Assembly: GCA_033764015.1 (NCBI GenBank)
Contig: JANRJK010000013.1
Span: 1 to 64,000 of the forward strand
Length of the DNA: 64,000 bases
From: Candidatus Sumerlaeia bacterium
GTDB lineage: Bacteria > Sumerlaeota > Sumerlaeia > SLMS01 > JANRJK01
Reading direction: 5' to 3'
Shown: piece by piece, positions 1 through 9,731 of the stretch
How the letters are laid out: each line of letters starts with the position of its first letter
Numbering within the stretch: position 1 is the first letter of the stretch
The notes under the pieces: model-generated
Database searches by the model: none
What the model was told of the DNA's origin: nothing
Seen by the model: only the letters and a program-made list of their open reading frames with translations
Position numbers and translations under genes: made by a program

Positions 1-624
1 CCGGCCGTCCAGCGCCGCGTGGCCCCCGGTGCGCACCGCCTCGCGGGCGTACCAAACCGCCGCTTCCGCGTCTCCCGCAAGCCCCGCCGCCACCAACGCG
101 TCGGCGAACGCCGCCGCCGGCTCGTCGCGCCGCTGCGGCGACAGGCGGAAGGACTCCGCGTAGTGCCCGAGCGCCTCCCGCGCAGCGGCCTGCGCCGCCG
201 CCCGGTCGCCGCGCGTCGCCGCCACCTGCGCGCGCAACGTCGCCGCCTCGCCCAGGCGCCGCAGCGGCTCGGACGGCGTGTTGGATGTCCGGGCCGCCGT
301 CTCGAGCGCCTCCACCGCCTCGCCGAGGGCGGCGTCGGACACCTGCGCCGGTCGACCGGAGGCGGCCGTTTGCGACTCGGCGACGAGGATCAGCTCGGCG
401 AAGAGCTGCGCCGCCTCCGCGTCGCGCGGCGCCGCGGCCCGCGCCGCGCGGACCTCGACGCGGCCGATGTTCGGATTGTCGACGCCGCGCCGGGCGTCCA
501 GCGCCGCGCGCAGCACCTGCTGGCGGCCGAGCTCGCGCCAAGAGGAAACCGCGAAGAACGTCCCCGCGGCCGAGAGCAGCACCGCCGCGCCCACGCGCAG
601 CGCGTAGCCCGGCCCGTCAGCCAA
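1..624 (-). CDS. Hypothetical membrane-anchored alpha-helical (TPR-like) protein, 3' end runs off the window
   Basis: Open frame read by eye from TTG at 624: MADGPGYALRVGAAVLLSAAGTFFAVSSWRELGRQQVLRAA...; N-terminal hydrophobic helix, then Ala-rich helices. The start overlaps the stop of the upstream DUF1858 gene. Not in the ORF track. Confidence 0.55.
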   Translation of the reverse strand, partial: MADGPGYALRVGAAVLLSAAGTFFAVSSWRELGRQQVLRAALDARRGVDNPNIGRVEVRAARAAAPRDAEAAQLFAELILVAESQTAASGRPAQVSDAALGEAVEALETAARTSNTPSEPLRRLGEAATLRAQVAATRGDRAAAQAAAREALGHYAESFRLSPQRRDEPAAAFADALVAAGLAGDAEAAVWYAREAVRTGGHAALDGR

Positions 625-1141
625 CCTTTCCCACCCCGAGGAGCACGCGCCCCCCCGTCGGCGGAGGAAGCTGCGCCCCGGCCCGCTCCAGTGCTTCGCG
701 TTCCGCCTCCGCCGCCGTCGGCACCGCGGCGGGAGGCGCGTCCATCAGCGCGTTCATCTTGTCCAGCATCTCGTCCAGGTCCACCCGATGCCCCTTCGCC
801 GCCTGCTCGAGAGTCTCCGACGCGCTGGCGGAGCACGAGCTGCACCCGCCGATGTGGAGCGACGCCAGCACCTCCTTCACCCCCGGGTGCAGCTTGAGCG
901 CGTCGTTGATCGTCATGGCGGGGGAGAACCAGGATGGCTTGCCGGTGGCGGCGCGGCCCTTGGCGATGCGCGCCTCCAGGTCCGCGCGGACCTGCTGGAT
1001 CAGCACCTCGGCCCGGTCCGCGTTCGCGCGCGACGTGCGGCGCAGGTGGTGGTAGTCGTCCGCCAGCCGGTTGAGCCTGACGTTGAGCAGCAGCGCCCAA
1101 AGCAGGGCGGCGGCGGCGATGGCGAGTGCGGCGATGGTCAT
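617..1141 (-). CDS. Membrane-anchored DUF1858-like protein with CxxC
   Basis: ATG at 1141; N-terminal TM helix, coiled coil, then FSPAMTINDALKLHPGVKEVLASLHIGGCSSCSASASETLEQAAKGHRVDLDEMLDKMN, a typical DUF1858 pattern. Confidence 0.75.
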   Translation of the reverse strand: MTIAALAIAAAALLWALLLNVRLNRLADDYHHLRRTSRANADRAEVLIQQVRADLEARIAKGRAATGKPSWFSPAMTINDALKLHPGVKEVLASLHIGGCSSCSASASETLEQAAKGHRVDLDEMLDKMNALMDAPPAAVPTAAEAEREALERAGAQLPPPTGGRVLLGVGKVG

Positions 1142-1325
1142 GCGGCTGGGAGTCCCGCGGCGGGATCGGGCTGGCCAACTACCCGTACAGGGAGGGTTGC
1201 GCGCCGCGCAGCCGCCGTCAAGGGCGGTGGCCGCCCGCGGAACCGTCACGAGTTTCGCTTGCCTCTCCGGCCCGGCGGCCCGTTCCCACTTGCCGTTCCC
1301 GACCCCCGACCACACCGGACCCGCG

Positions 1326-4115
1326 ATGCCCGCACTCGTCATTGTCGAATCGCCCGCGAAGGCCAAGACCATCTCCCGCTTCCTCGGTCCCAAGTACCGG
1401 GTCGAGGCGAGCTTCGGCCATGTGCGCGACCTTCCCGAGCGCGGCGAGGACGTGCCCGAGGAGATCAAGTCCAAGCACTGGTCCCGCATGGCGGTCGATA
1501 TCGACGGCGACTTCACCCCCTACTACGTTGTCTCCCGCGACAAGGCGAAGCACATCGCCGAACTGAAGAAGCACCTGAAGAACTCCACGGAACTGCTCCT
1601 CGCGACCGACGAAGACCGCGAAGGGGAGTCGATCTCCTGGCACCTCCTGCAGATTCTCCAGCCGAAGGTGCCCGTCCACCGCATCGTGTTCCACGAGATC
1701 ACGGAGGAGGCCATCAAGGAGGCGGTCCGCTCGCCGCGCGAAGTGGACGAGAACCTCGTGAAGGCCCAGGAGAGCCGGCGCATCCTCGACCGGCTATATG
1801 GTTATTCGCTGTCGCCGGTGCTCTGGAAGAAGATCCAGGGCGGACTGAGCGCCGGGCGCGTCCAGAGCGTCGCCGTGCGGCTGCTCGTCGAGCGCGAGGA
1901 GGAGCGCCGCGCGTTCGTCAAGTCGGCGTACTCGTCCATCGAGGCGTCGCTCACGTCCGGTCCGGCTCGGTTCAAGGCGCAGCTCGCCCGCCACGCGGGG
2001 CAGCGGCTGGCGGAGGGGCGCGACTTCGATTCGGCCACCGGCAAGCTGAAGAAGGACTCGAAGGTCTTCCTGCTGGATGCGGCGGGGGCGGTCAATTTGG
2101 CGCAGTCGCTCGGGGCCGCGTTGCCCTGGCGCGTCTCGTCCGTCGAGGAGAAGCCGGCGACTCGGCGCCCCTCGGCGCCCTTCACCACCTCCACGCTGCA
2201 GCAGGAGGCGAACCGCAAGCTCAAGTTCACCGCGCAGCGGACCATGTCCATCGCCCAGCGGCTCTACGAAGGCGTCGATCTCGGCCATGGCGAGCGCGAA
2301 GGTGTGATCACCTATATGCGAACCGACTCGACGACGCTGAGCGAAAAGGCGCTCGGGCAGGCGGGCCGCGTGATCCAGGAGCTTTACGGCGCCGAGTACC
2401 ACGAAGGCGAGCGGCGCTATAAGACCAAGACGCGCAACGCGCAGGAAGCCCACGAGGCGATCCGCCCCACCGACCTGCGCCGGACGCCGAAGGAACTCGA
2501 GCCGTTCCTCGACGGCCCGGAGCTGCGCCTCTACGAGCTGATCTGGAAGCGGACCATCGCCTCCCAGATGGCGGACGCGAAGCTGCTCCGAACCGCGATC
2601 GAGATCACCGCGGAACCCCGCCCCGGCCAGCAATCGATCCTTCAGGCGAACGGCACCGCCATCCTCTTCCCCGGCTTCCTCCGCGCCTACGTCGAGGGCA
2701 GCGACGATCCGTCGGAGGCGCTCGGCGACCAGGAGACGCTGCTTCCGAAGCTCTCCGTCGGCGACCTGATCGGCTCGACCACGGACGCCAAGGCCGCCGC
2801 CCGCCTCGAGAAGATCGAAGCGCGCAACCACGAAACCCAGCCCCCCGCGCGCTACACGGAAGCGTCGCTGGTCAAAAAGCTCGAGGAGGAAGGCATCGGG
2901 CGGCCCTCCACCTACGCATCGATCATCGGCACCATCCAGGACCGCGGCTATGTGACGCGCCTCTCCGGCGCGCTTGTGCCCACGTTCACCGCGATGGCCG
3001 TGGTGAATCTGCTCCGCGAGCACTTCAACGAGTACGTCGACCTGAAGTTCACGGCCCGCATGGAGGAGGACCTCGACCTCATCGCCGAGGGTTCCCGCGA
3101 GTCGCTCGCCTTCCTGAAGGCGTTCTTCCGCGATGGCGACGGCGACCGCGAAGGGCTCCTGAAGCGCATCGCCGATTCGGAGAAGCGCATCAACTTCCCC
3201 ACGATCCCCATCGGGATCGATCCGGCGTCGGACCTCCCCATGGTGGCGCGCATCGGGCGCTACGGCCCCTATCTCCAGCGCGGCGAGGGGGGCAGCGACA
3301 ACATCGTCACCATCCCGCCGGAGACCGCGCCGGCGGACCTCACGGTCGAGCGGGCGCTCGAACTGCTCGCGCTCAAGTCGCAGGGCCCCCGCGTCGTCGG
3401 CACGCACCCCGACACGGGCGAGCCCGTCTTCGCGGCGAAGGGGCGCTTCGGCGCCTACGTCCAACTCGGCGAGGCGAGCACTGAGAAGGGCGCCGAGAAG
3501 CCCCGTCGCGCGTCGCTCCCCGCCGGCGTGTCGGAGGACGCCGTGACGCTCGAGCAGGCGCTACAGCTCCTCGCTCTGCCCCGCACGCTCGGCGCGCATC
3601 CCGACAGCGGCGCGGAAGTCGTAGCCGGCCTAGGTCGTTACGGCCCCTATGTCCGCCACGGCGAGGAGTTCCGCTCGCTGGAGGAATCGGACGACGTGTA
3701 CACGGTGGACCTGGCGCGGGCGGTGGAGATCTTCGCCTCGCCGAAGAAGTTCATGCGCCGGCAGGCCGCCGCGCCCGCCGCGATGGCGGAGCTGGGCAAG
3801 CACCCCGCGAGCGGCGCCGCGGTCAAGGTGCTCAGCGGGCGGTTCGGTCCGTATGTGACGGACGGCACCACGAACGCCACGCTGCCGAAGTCGACCAAAC
3901 CCGAGGCGCTCACCCTCGAGGAGGCGCTCCGCCTGCTCGAGGAGAAGGCCGCAAAGGGGCCCTCGACCAAGGCACCCGCGCGGGGAGCCGGTCGAGCCGC
4001 CGGCAAGGGCGCGGCGAAGGCGGCTCCGAAGGCGGCGGCCAAAGCTCCGCCCAAGTCCGCCGGGAAGGCCCCCGCCAAGAAACCCGCACGCAAGACGACC
4101 AAGAGCGGGTCCTGA
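1326..4115 (+). CDS. topA: DNA topoisomerase I (type IA) with C-terminal GRYGPY-type repeats and Lys/Ala-rich tail
   Basis: LVIVESPAKAKTI Toprim start, LATDEDREGE, SAGRVQS, ITYMRTDS catalytic Tyr, AHEAIRPT, GIGRPSTYA; four GR[YF]G[PA]Y repeats in place of zinc ribbons. Confidence 0.98.
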   Translation: MPALVIVESPAKAKTISRFLGPKYRVEASFGHVRDLPERGEDVPEEIKSKHWSRMAVDIDGDFTPYYVVSRDKAKHIAELKKHLKNSTELLLATDEDREGESISWHLLQILQPKVPVHRIVFHEITEEAIKEAVRSPREVDENLVKAQESRRILDRLYGYSLSPVLWKKIQGGLSAGRVQSVAVRLLVEREEERRAFVKSAYSSIEASLTSGPARFKAQLARHAGQRLAEGRDFDSATGKLKKDSKVFLLDAAGAVNLAQSLGAALPWRVSSVEEKPATRRPSAPFTTSTLQQEANRKLKFTAQRTMSIAQRLYEGVDLGHGEREGVITYMRTDSTTLSEKALGQAGRVIQELYGAEYHEGERRYKTKTRNAQEAHEAIRPTDLRRTPKELEPFLDGPELRLYELIWKRTIASQMADAKLLRTAIEITAEPRPGQQSILQANGTAILFPGFLRAYVEGSDDPSEALGDQETLLPKLSVGDLIGSTTDAKAAARLEKIEARNHETQPPARYTEASLVKKLEEEGIGRPSTYASIIGTIQDRGYVTRLSGALVPTFTAMAVVNLLREHFNEYVDLKFTARMEEDLDLIAEGSRESLAFLKAFFRDGDGDREGLLKRIADSEKRINFPTIPIGIDPASDLPMVARIGRYGPYLQRGEGGSDNIVTIPPETAPADLTVERALELLALKSQGPRVVGTHPDTGEPVFAAKGRFGAYVQLGEASTEKGAEKPRRASLPAGVSEDAVTLEQALQLLALPRTLGAHPDSGAEVVAGLGRYGPYVRHGEEFRSLEESDDVYTVDLARAVEIFASPKKFMRRQAAAPAAMAELGKHPASGAAVKVLSGRFGPYVTDGTTNATLPKSTKPEALTLEEALRLLEEKAAKGPSTKAPARGAGRAAGKGAAKAAPKAAAKAPPKSAGKAPAKKPARKTTKSGS

Positions 4116-4317
4116 CGCCCCGCGATCCGGTGCGGATTTCGCTTTGCACTCCAGCCCGATAGGGGCTCCCCTAATCGCTGCCGCTGCGTGCGCGCTCCGG
4201 CGGGCAAACCGTTACGCCCTTCGGACGATCCGTTCGTGGGCACATCCGGAGCCACGCGGCGCCTTGGCGCCCCGGGCAGCCCCAGAACCTTCCGGTCCCA
4301 TGGAGGATCACCCCTCG

Positions 4318-6363
4318 ATGAAGTCGTTGCTTCGTAAGAGCCTCGCGCTCGCCGCGGCGCTCGCCATCTCCGCCGCCCTCCCCGTGACGATCCACGCCCA
4401 GGAGGCTCCCGCCGCCGCGGAAACCACAGAGCTCGAGCAAGTGCTCGGCACTGTCAACGGCCGCTCCATCACGGTCGAGGACCTCGACCTCATCCTCAGC
4501 GCGCGCCGCCCCCCGGGCGTCCGCATCCGCAGCGCGCAGATGTACCTCCGCCTCGCCCCCGCCCAGCAGGAGGAGATCCTCAAGGAGCTCGCGCTGCAGG
4601 AGGCGGCCGCCGACCGCGCCCGCGCCGAAGGCGCCACACTCAACGACGAGCAGAAGGCCGCCATCGAGAGCCAGCTCCAGCGCCGCCTCACCGGGCAGCT
4701 TTACGGCGAGGAGATCGAAAGCCGCCTGGAGGCCCCCACCGAGGAGGAAATCCTCGCGGCCTACGAAGAGTTCAAGGACAGCCGCTTCAAGATCGAACCC
4801 TACATCCGCTTCCGCACGCTCTACCTCAGCGCCTACGAGCCGTACGTGGTGAAGGAGGGCGACACCCTCGAGTCGATCGCCGCGGCCGTATCCGGCGACG
4901 CCTCGCGCGCCGCGGAGATCCTCACGCGCGACACCGACCCGCCCACGCCGCGCATCGAAGCGCGCGAGGTGAAGACGACCGACGAGGCGACGGCCGAGGG
5001 CGCCACGCGCGCGCTCGTCGCCGGCGAAGCGCTCCTGGTCCGAATGTCCCCCGAAGCGCGCAAACGCCTCAAGGAGCGCGCGAGCGCCTTCAAGGCCCAG
5101 GTGGACGACGCACACCCCTTCGTCATGCTCGCCGAGCAGCACAGCGAGACGTCCTCTCCGGGCGGCGAGATCGTCTACCGCCCGAAGAGCGCCGACCGCC
5201 CCTACCATCCGGACATCATGAAGGCCATCGAATCGCAGGAGCCGGGCGTCGTCAGCGATCCGATCGAGACCCGCCACGGCATCCACATGGTGATGGTCGT
5301 GTCGCGCCAGGAGGAGGGCTACCGTGCCCTCGAGGAGGTGCGCTCGACCGTCGAGCGCCTGATCCGCAACCGCGACTCGGAGGCGATCGTCAACGAGTAC
5401 CTCGAGCGCGTCTCGAAGCCGCTCGTCGCCAAGTTCGAAGTGGATATGGACGCGCTCGCCAAGGGCGGCCCCGAGGGAACCCCGGATTCCGAAGTGGTGG
5501 TTCTGCGGTTCGGCGACTTCACCGTGAGCCGCGCGCAGTACCGCGAGGCCCTTCCCGCGGTGAAGGGGTTCGAAACCAAGGAACTGGTCGCGATGACACG
5601 CGAGCAGGTGCTCCAGACGCTCCCGACTCACCCCGCCACCCGCGAGGCGATCATCAGCCAAGTCCTCAAGGACGAGGCGTTCGCCGAGCGCGAGGAGAAC
5701 AAGAGCTGGGCGCGCGAAGCCGAGACCGGAATGCTGGCGCAGGACCTCATTTCCCGCGAGTCCCGCAGCCGCGCGCCGGAGGTCACCGACGAGGACCTCG
5801 CGCGGATCTACGGGGAGCGGAAGGACACGCTCTTCACGGAGCGCCCCGCCGCGCAGATCCACATCATGCGCGTCACCGAGGAGGAACTGAAGAGCGTTCC
5901 CGAGCAACGCGAAGAGAAGCTGCGCCGCTTCAACGAACTGGCGCGGGACCTCTTCGCGGGCGTCGAGAACAGCGAGCAGTTCGCCGAGGCTGCCAAGCGC
6001 GGCGCCCGCCTGATGCGCGGCGTCAGCGAGACAAACCTCGGGCGCTCGCTGCTCTCCGCCCAGGAGTCGGACTTCGCCCGCGCCCTCGAAGCCGGCCGGG
6101 AAAACGAACTGCTCGGCCCCATCACCAACGTCCAGGGCGTCACCTACGCCTGGATGTCGGAGCTGACGCCGGAGCGGGTGATGCCCTTCGAGGAGGCGAC
6201 AGACCGCTTGCGGCAGATCGCCGAGTCGGAGGCGGTCAACAAGGGAACGGAATCGATCCGCGAGGAACTCCTCGCCACTGCCTCGTGGAGCCACACGGGC
6301 GAAGACACTTCCGGCTCGCAGCCACCGCTCGAGTCGATCCCCTCGGAGATGATGGAACCATGA
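4318..6363 (+). CDS. Secreted SurA/PrsA-like parvulin peptidyl-prolyl isomerase with inserted LysM domain
   Basis: Signal peptide (..TIHA-QE), VLGTVNGRSIT start, rotamase motifs FVMLAEQHSE..GGEI and GVVSDPIETRHGIHMV, a second degenerate rotamase unit, and LysM-like YVVKEGDTLESIA. Confidence 0.8.
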   Translation: MKSLLRKSLALAAALAISAALPVTIHAQEAPAAAETTELEQVLGTVNGRSITVEDLDLILSARRPPGVRIRSAQMYLRLAPAQQEEILKELALQEAAADRARAEGATLNDEQKAAIESQLQRRLTGQLYGEEIESRLEAPTEEEILAAYEEFKDSRFKIEPYIRFRTLYLSAYEPYVVKEGDTLESIAAAVSGDASRAAEILTRDTDPPTPRIEAREVKTTDEATAEGATRALVAGEALLVRMSPEARKRLKERASAFKAQVDDAHPFVMLAEQHSETSSPGGEIVYRPKSADRPYHPDIMKAIESQEPGVVSDPIETRHGIHMVMVVSRQEEGYRALEEVRSTVERLIRNRDSEAIVNEYLERVSKPLVAKFEVDMDALAKGGPEGTPDSEVVVLRFGDFTVSRAQYREALPAVKGFETKELVAMTREQVLQTLPTHPATREAIISQVLKDEAFAEREENKSWAREAETGMLAQDLISRESRSRAPEVTDEDLARIYGERKDTLFTERPAAQIHIMRVTEEELKSVPEQREEKLRRFNELARDLFAGVENSEQFAEAAKRGARLMRGVSETNLGRSLLSAQESDFARALEAGRENELLGPITNVQGVTYAWMSELTPERVMPFEEATDRLRQIAESEAVNKGTESIREELLATASWSHTGEDTSGSQPPLESIPSEMMEP

Positions 6364-6620
6364 GCAACAACAATGGACAGCGCGTGCTGGACGAGAAGCG
6401 CCTCCCGGACGGCGACGGCCGCTACATGATGATCAACCTGGCGGCCCGCCGCGCCCGGCAGTTGAACCAGGATCGGGCGCCGATGAACTTCGACGAGGCG
6501 AACATGTTCGACCCGATGGACGCGGCCCTCGGCGAGTTCCGCACCGGCAAGTTCACCTGGCGCTACCGCCAGTCCGTCGATGGCGACGCTGCGCCGGACT
6601 TCCGTTCCGTCGAATCCTGA
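6360..6620 (+). CDS. rpoZ: RNA polymerase omega subunit
   Basis: 86 aa; RYMMINLAARRARQL and DPMDAALGEFRTGKF match the omega conserved regions; ATGA overlap with the upstream gene. Confidence 0.78.
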   Translation: MSNNNGQRVLDEKRLPDGDGRYMMINLAARRARQLNQDRAPMNFDEANMFDPMDAALGEFRTGKFTWRYRQSVDGDAAPDFRSVES

Positions 6621-6699
6621 CCCCGCCTTGGCATGAGCACCGGCTCCCGCGCGCCGCGAAGCGCGCGGGAGCCTTTTCCTTTGGACCGAGGAGGCCCCC

Positions 6700-7830
6700 G
6701 TGCGCGTCTTCATCGACGCCAGGATGACCGGTCGCAGCGGCGTCGGCGTGGTGCTCTCCGAGGTGCTGCGCCAATGGTTCGCCGCGCCGCCCGACTTCGA
6801 CCTGCTCCTGATGGGCGCGGGGCAGGAGCTCCGCAGCGAGGTCGCCGCGCTAAGCGACGGCGCCGCGCAGCGAATCCGCCTCGTCCCCTGGAACGCGGCC
6901 ATCTATTCCCCCGCCGCCTGGTTCAAGTCCGCCCGCGCGCTCGGCGCCCGGCGCGGCGACGCCTTCCTGGGCTTCCACTACGCCACATCCTACTTCCCAG
7001 GCGTGCCGCTGGTCTGCTACGTCCACGACCTCCTGCACGCGACCCATCCGCCCCGCTCGGGAACCGCCACCTACGCCGGCCTCGCGCTCCGCATCCTACG
7101 CAGCCGCGCCGCCTACACGATCGTCCCCTCCCGCCATGTGAAGGTCCAGCTCCAGACGCTTTGGCGCTTCCCGGCGGAGCGCGTGCTGCACATCCCGTCC
7201 GGCGCCGGTCTGGCGGAGGGAACGGCTCCGTCGCCGGGAGCCGGCCCGCGCGACTACCTGCTCGCGGTCGGCCTCATGAAGCCGCACAAGAACTGGGACT
7301 TCCTGCTGAAGCGCCTCGCCGGCCTGTGGCGCGAGGATCGCCTCGCGCTCCCGCTCGTCGTCGCCGGGCTCGGCGCCGAGACATCGTCGTTCCGGGAATG
7401 GCTCCGCGACGTCGGGCTCGACCGCCGCGTCCGGGTCGAGGCGCGCATGGAGCCGCCGGAACTCATGCGCCTGTACGCCGGCGCGCGCGCGCTGCTGTTC
7501 CCGTCGCGCGCGGAGGGGTTCGGCCTTCCGGTCCTCGAGGCGCTGTGGCAGGGCACACCGGTGGTTCTCGCGGACCGCTCGCCCATGAACGAGCTGTCCG
7601 GATCCGGGTGCCTCTACTTCGATCCGGACTCGGCGGAGACGTTCGACCGTGCTGTGCTGGCGGTGGCGGAGGACGAAGCCGGAGCGGCGCGCCTTGGCCA
7701 GGAAGGGCTTTCGGCGGTGCGAGCGCGCTACCGCTGGCGGGACACCGCGGACAGGCTCGCGGCGGTGCTGCGGGAAGCCGCCGAGGGCGGCTCCCCGCAA
7801 CGGAGGCGGACGGCTGTGGCGCCGCGTTAG
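6700..7830 (+). CDS. Glycosyltransferase family 4 (GT-B)
   Basis: RVFIDAR start, YVHDL, KPHKN, LLFPSRAEGFGLPVLEA (ExFGxxxxE). Confidence 0.93.
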   Translation: MRVFIDARMTGRSGVGVVLSEVLRQWFAAPPDFDLLLMGAGQELRSEVAALSDGAAQRIRLVPWNAAIYSPAAWFKSARALGARRGDAFLGFHYATSYFPGVPLVCYVHDLLHATHPPRSGTATYAGLALRILRSRAAYTIVPSRHVKVQLQTLWRFPAERVLHIPSGAGLAEGTAPSPGAGPRDYLLAVGLMKPHKNWDFLLKRLAGLWREDRLALPLVVAGLGAETSSFREWLRDVGLDRRVRVEARMEPPELMRLYAGARALLFPSRAEGFGLPVLEALWQGTPVVLADRSPMNELSGSGCLYFDPDSAETFDRAVLAVAEDEAGAARLGQEGLSAVRARYRWRDTADRLAAVLREAAEGGSPQRRRTAVAPR

Positions 7831-8204
7831 CGGCGGGCGCCGCCCATGTCGAAGATGATCTCTTCGTTGCCGCGGCCGCGGGCCGGGGCGTCGCCGGCGG
7901 CGGGCGCGCCGCCGATGTCGGTGCCGCCGGTCGCGGCGGGCGCCGCCGCCATCGGGGGCGGGACGTTCACTTCGAACTTGAGGCCGCGGATGGCGGTCGC
8001 GATGTCGGAAAGCGAGCGGGCCACCTGCTCGTTCGAGCGGGCCACTTCGCGGGTGGCGGCCGCCACCTCGAGGGTCGCCGCCGGCGTGGACTGCGCGCTG
8101 CGGTCCACGCTGCTTTGCGCCACGATGTTCACCGTCAGCAGCACGGCGATGACCGCCAGCAGGAGCGTCGTGTAGGCGCGGGCGTCAAGCTTCGGACCAA
8201 CCAT
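7827..8204 (-). CDS. Small hypothetical protein with one TM helix and a coiled coil
   Basis: YTTLLLAVIAVLLTVNIV TM segment, then heptad helix EVAAATREVARSNEQVARSLSDIATAI. Confidence 0.65.
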   Translation of the reverse strand: MVGPKLDARAYTTLLLAVIAVLLTVNIVAQSSVDRSAQSTPAATLEVAAATREVARSNEQVARSLSDIATAIRGLKFEVNVPPPMAAAPAATGGTDIGGAPAAGDAPARGRGNEEIIFDMGGARR

Positions 8205-8376
8205 GGGGATTCTCCGGTGCCGTCCTGTCGCGGACGGCTCGTGTGTCGATTCGCTTCCTACTTGGCGCGCGGCGGAGGTGCGAAGTCAAGCCGCTCGGCG
8301 CTCCGGCACAAGTCCGCTTGCGCGCCGTCCGCCCGCACCGCCCGATAGATACCCAGCCACCCATGGAAGTGCACGC

Positions 8377-8757
8377 ATGAAAGTCAACGCTGTCCACATC
8401 GGCATGTGCGCCGTCATCGCCCCCGAAGGGCGCCTCGACCTCGCCGGCGCCGACGCCCTCGACGCCGCCATCGAGGCCGAGCACCGCAAGAGCATCCACC
8501 ACTTCGCGATCGACCTCAAGCGTGTGGACTTCATCTCGTCGGCCGGTCTCCGCGTGCTGCTCAAGCTCGCCCGCACGCTCCTCTCCAGCGGCGGCGAACT
8601 CCGCGTCGTCAAGCCCCCCACCGCCGTCTACGAGATCTTCGAGAACGCCCGCCTCGACCAGCTCTTCACGTTCTACATCAGCCTCGACCAGGCGCTCCAG
8701 AACTGGACCAGCGCCGGCGTCGGTCCCCAGAAGAAGGGCGACAGCGCCGAGGGGTGA
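8377..8757 (+). CDS. STAS-domain anti-sigma factor antagonist (RsbV/SpoIIAA-like)
   Basis: EGRLDL and IDLKRVDFISSAGLRVLL with the phosphoacceptor Ser. Confidence 0.92.
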   Translation: MKVNAVHIGMCAVIAPEGRLDLAGADALDAAIEAEHRKSIHHFAIDLKRVDFISSAGLRVLLKLARTLLSSGGELRVVKPPTAVYEIFENARLDQLFTFYISLDQALQNWTSAGVGPQKKGDSAEG

Positions 8758-8888
8758 CGCCGGACGCGGCGCCGACGGAACGCGTTTCCACATTCCGAAC
8801 GCCCCCTGAAATCCCTTGCGGGGATTGATCCTTCCGGGCCACTTTGCCGGGAAGGTTGGGCACTAATCCGCCAACGGCAAGGAACAGC

Positions 8889-9236
8889 ATGGAGATCAAG
8901 CACGACAGCACCGGGGAACTCGACGTCGTCCGCCTGAAGGGGCGGCTCGACCTCGCGGGCGCCGAGGTCGCCGAGGAGTTCTTCGCAAAGTTCCGCAAGT
9001 CCGTCACGAGCGGCACCGCCTTGGTGGTCAGTTTCCGCGACCTGCTCTATATCAGTTCCAGCGGCCTGCGCGTCCTGCTCGCCGCGTTCAAAGACCTTCA
9101 GGCGAAAGGCGGACACATGGTGCTCTGCGAAATGAACGTCTCCGTCGAGGAGGTCTTCCGATTCGCCGGTCTCGATGCGGTCTTCCGCATCTACGCGACG
9201 GAGCGCGAAGCCTCGGAGTCCCTCGCAGCGAAGTGA
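8889..9236 (+). CDS. STAS-domain anti-sigma factor antagonist, second paralog
   Basis: LKGRLDL, LYISSSGLRVLL, VEEVFRFAGLDAVFRIY. Confidence 0.93.
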   Translation: MEIKHDSTGELDVVRLKGRLDLAGAEVAEEFFAKFRKSVTSGTALVVSFRDLLYISSSGLRVLLAAFKDLQAKGGHMVLCEMNVSVEEVFRFAGLDAVFRIYATEREASESLAAK

Positions 9237-9727
9237 AGCCCCGCGACCACGCGACCCGTCCCTGCCCCTGCGAGGGCTCGCGGCACCTCCGGCTGGAGTT
9301 GCCCGCGGAGGCGGCGATGCTGGTGGTCGCCTGCAAGTCGGTGCGCTCCTTCGCGGAATCCTGCGGTCTCGGGCCGCGGGAATGCGACCGACTCGAACTC
9401 GCGGTCGACGAGGTCTGCACGAATTGCGTCACGCACGCCTATGAGAGGGACGCGGACCGGCGCTACTGGGTGACCATGGAGTTCCTCCACGACGAATCGC
9501 AGCTCGTGGTCCGCGTGTACGACACGGGCCCCGCCTTCGAGCCCGCCGACGTGCCCGCTCCGAACACCTCCTGCGAGCTCAGCCAGCGCCAGATCGGCGG
9601 CCTCGGCCTTTTCCTCGCGGCCAAGGGCGCCGACTCCATCGGCTACCAGCGCACCGAACGCGGCGAGAACTGCGTCGTCCTCCGCAAGTACGTCGCCGCC
9701 GCCGCCGCGGAGGCGGCCGGCGCCTGA
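9233..9727 (+). CDS. Anti-sigma factor Ser/Thr kinase (RsbW/SpoIIAB-like HATPase_c_2)
   Basis: LELAVDEVCTNCVTHAY N-box, DTGPAFEP G1, GGLGLFL G2; GTGA overlap with the STAS gene. Confidence 0.9.
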   Translation: MKPRDHATRPCPCEGSRHLRLELPAEAAMLVVACKSVRSFAESCGLGPRECDRLELAVDEVCTNCVTHAYERDADRRYWVTMEFLHDESQLVVRVYDTGPAFEPADVPAPNTSCELSQRQIGGLGLFLAAKGADSIGYQRTERGENCVVLRKYVAAAAAEAAGA

Positions 9728-9731
9728 CGCG

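Noticed and set aside
3950..4115. Lys/Ala repeats at the end of topA as a novel element
   Set aside because: Basic low-complexity tails are known in TopA proteins with Topo_C repeats.
4202..4210. GGGCAAACC resembling the c-di-GMP-I riboswitch
   Set aside because: The following GNRA-loop hairpin and the GCAAAG P2 element are absent.
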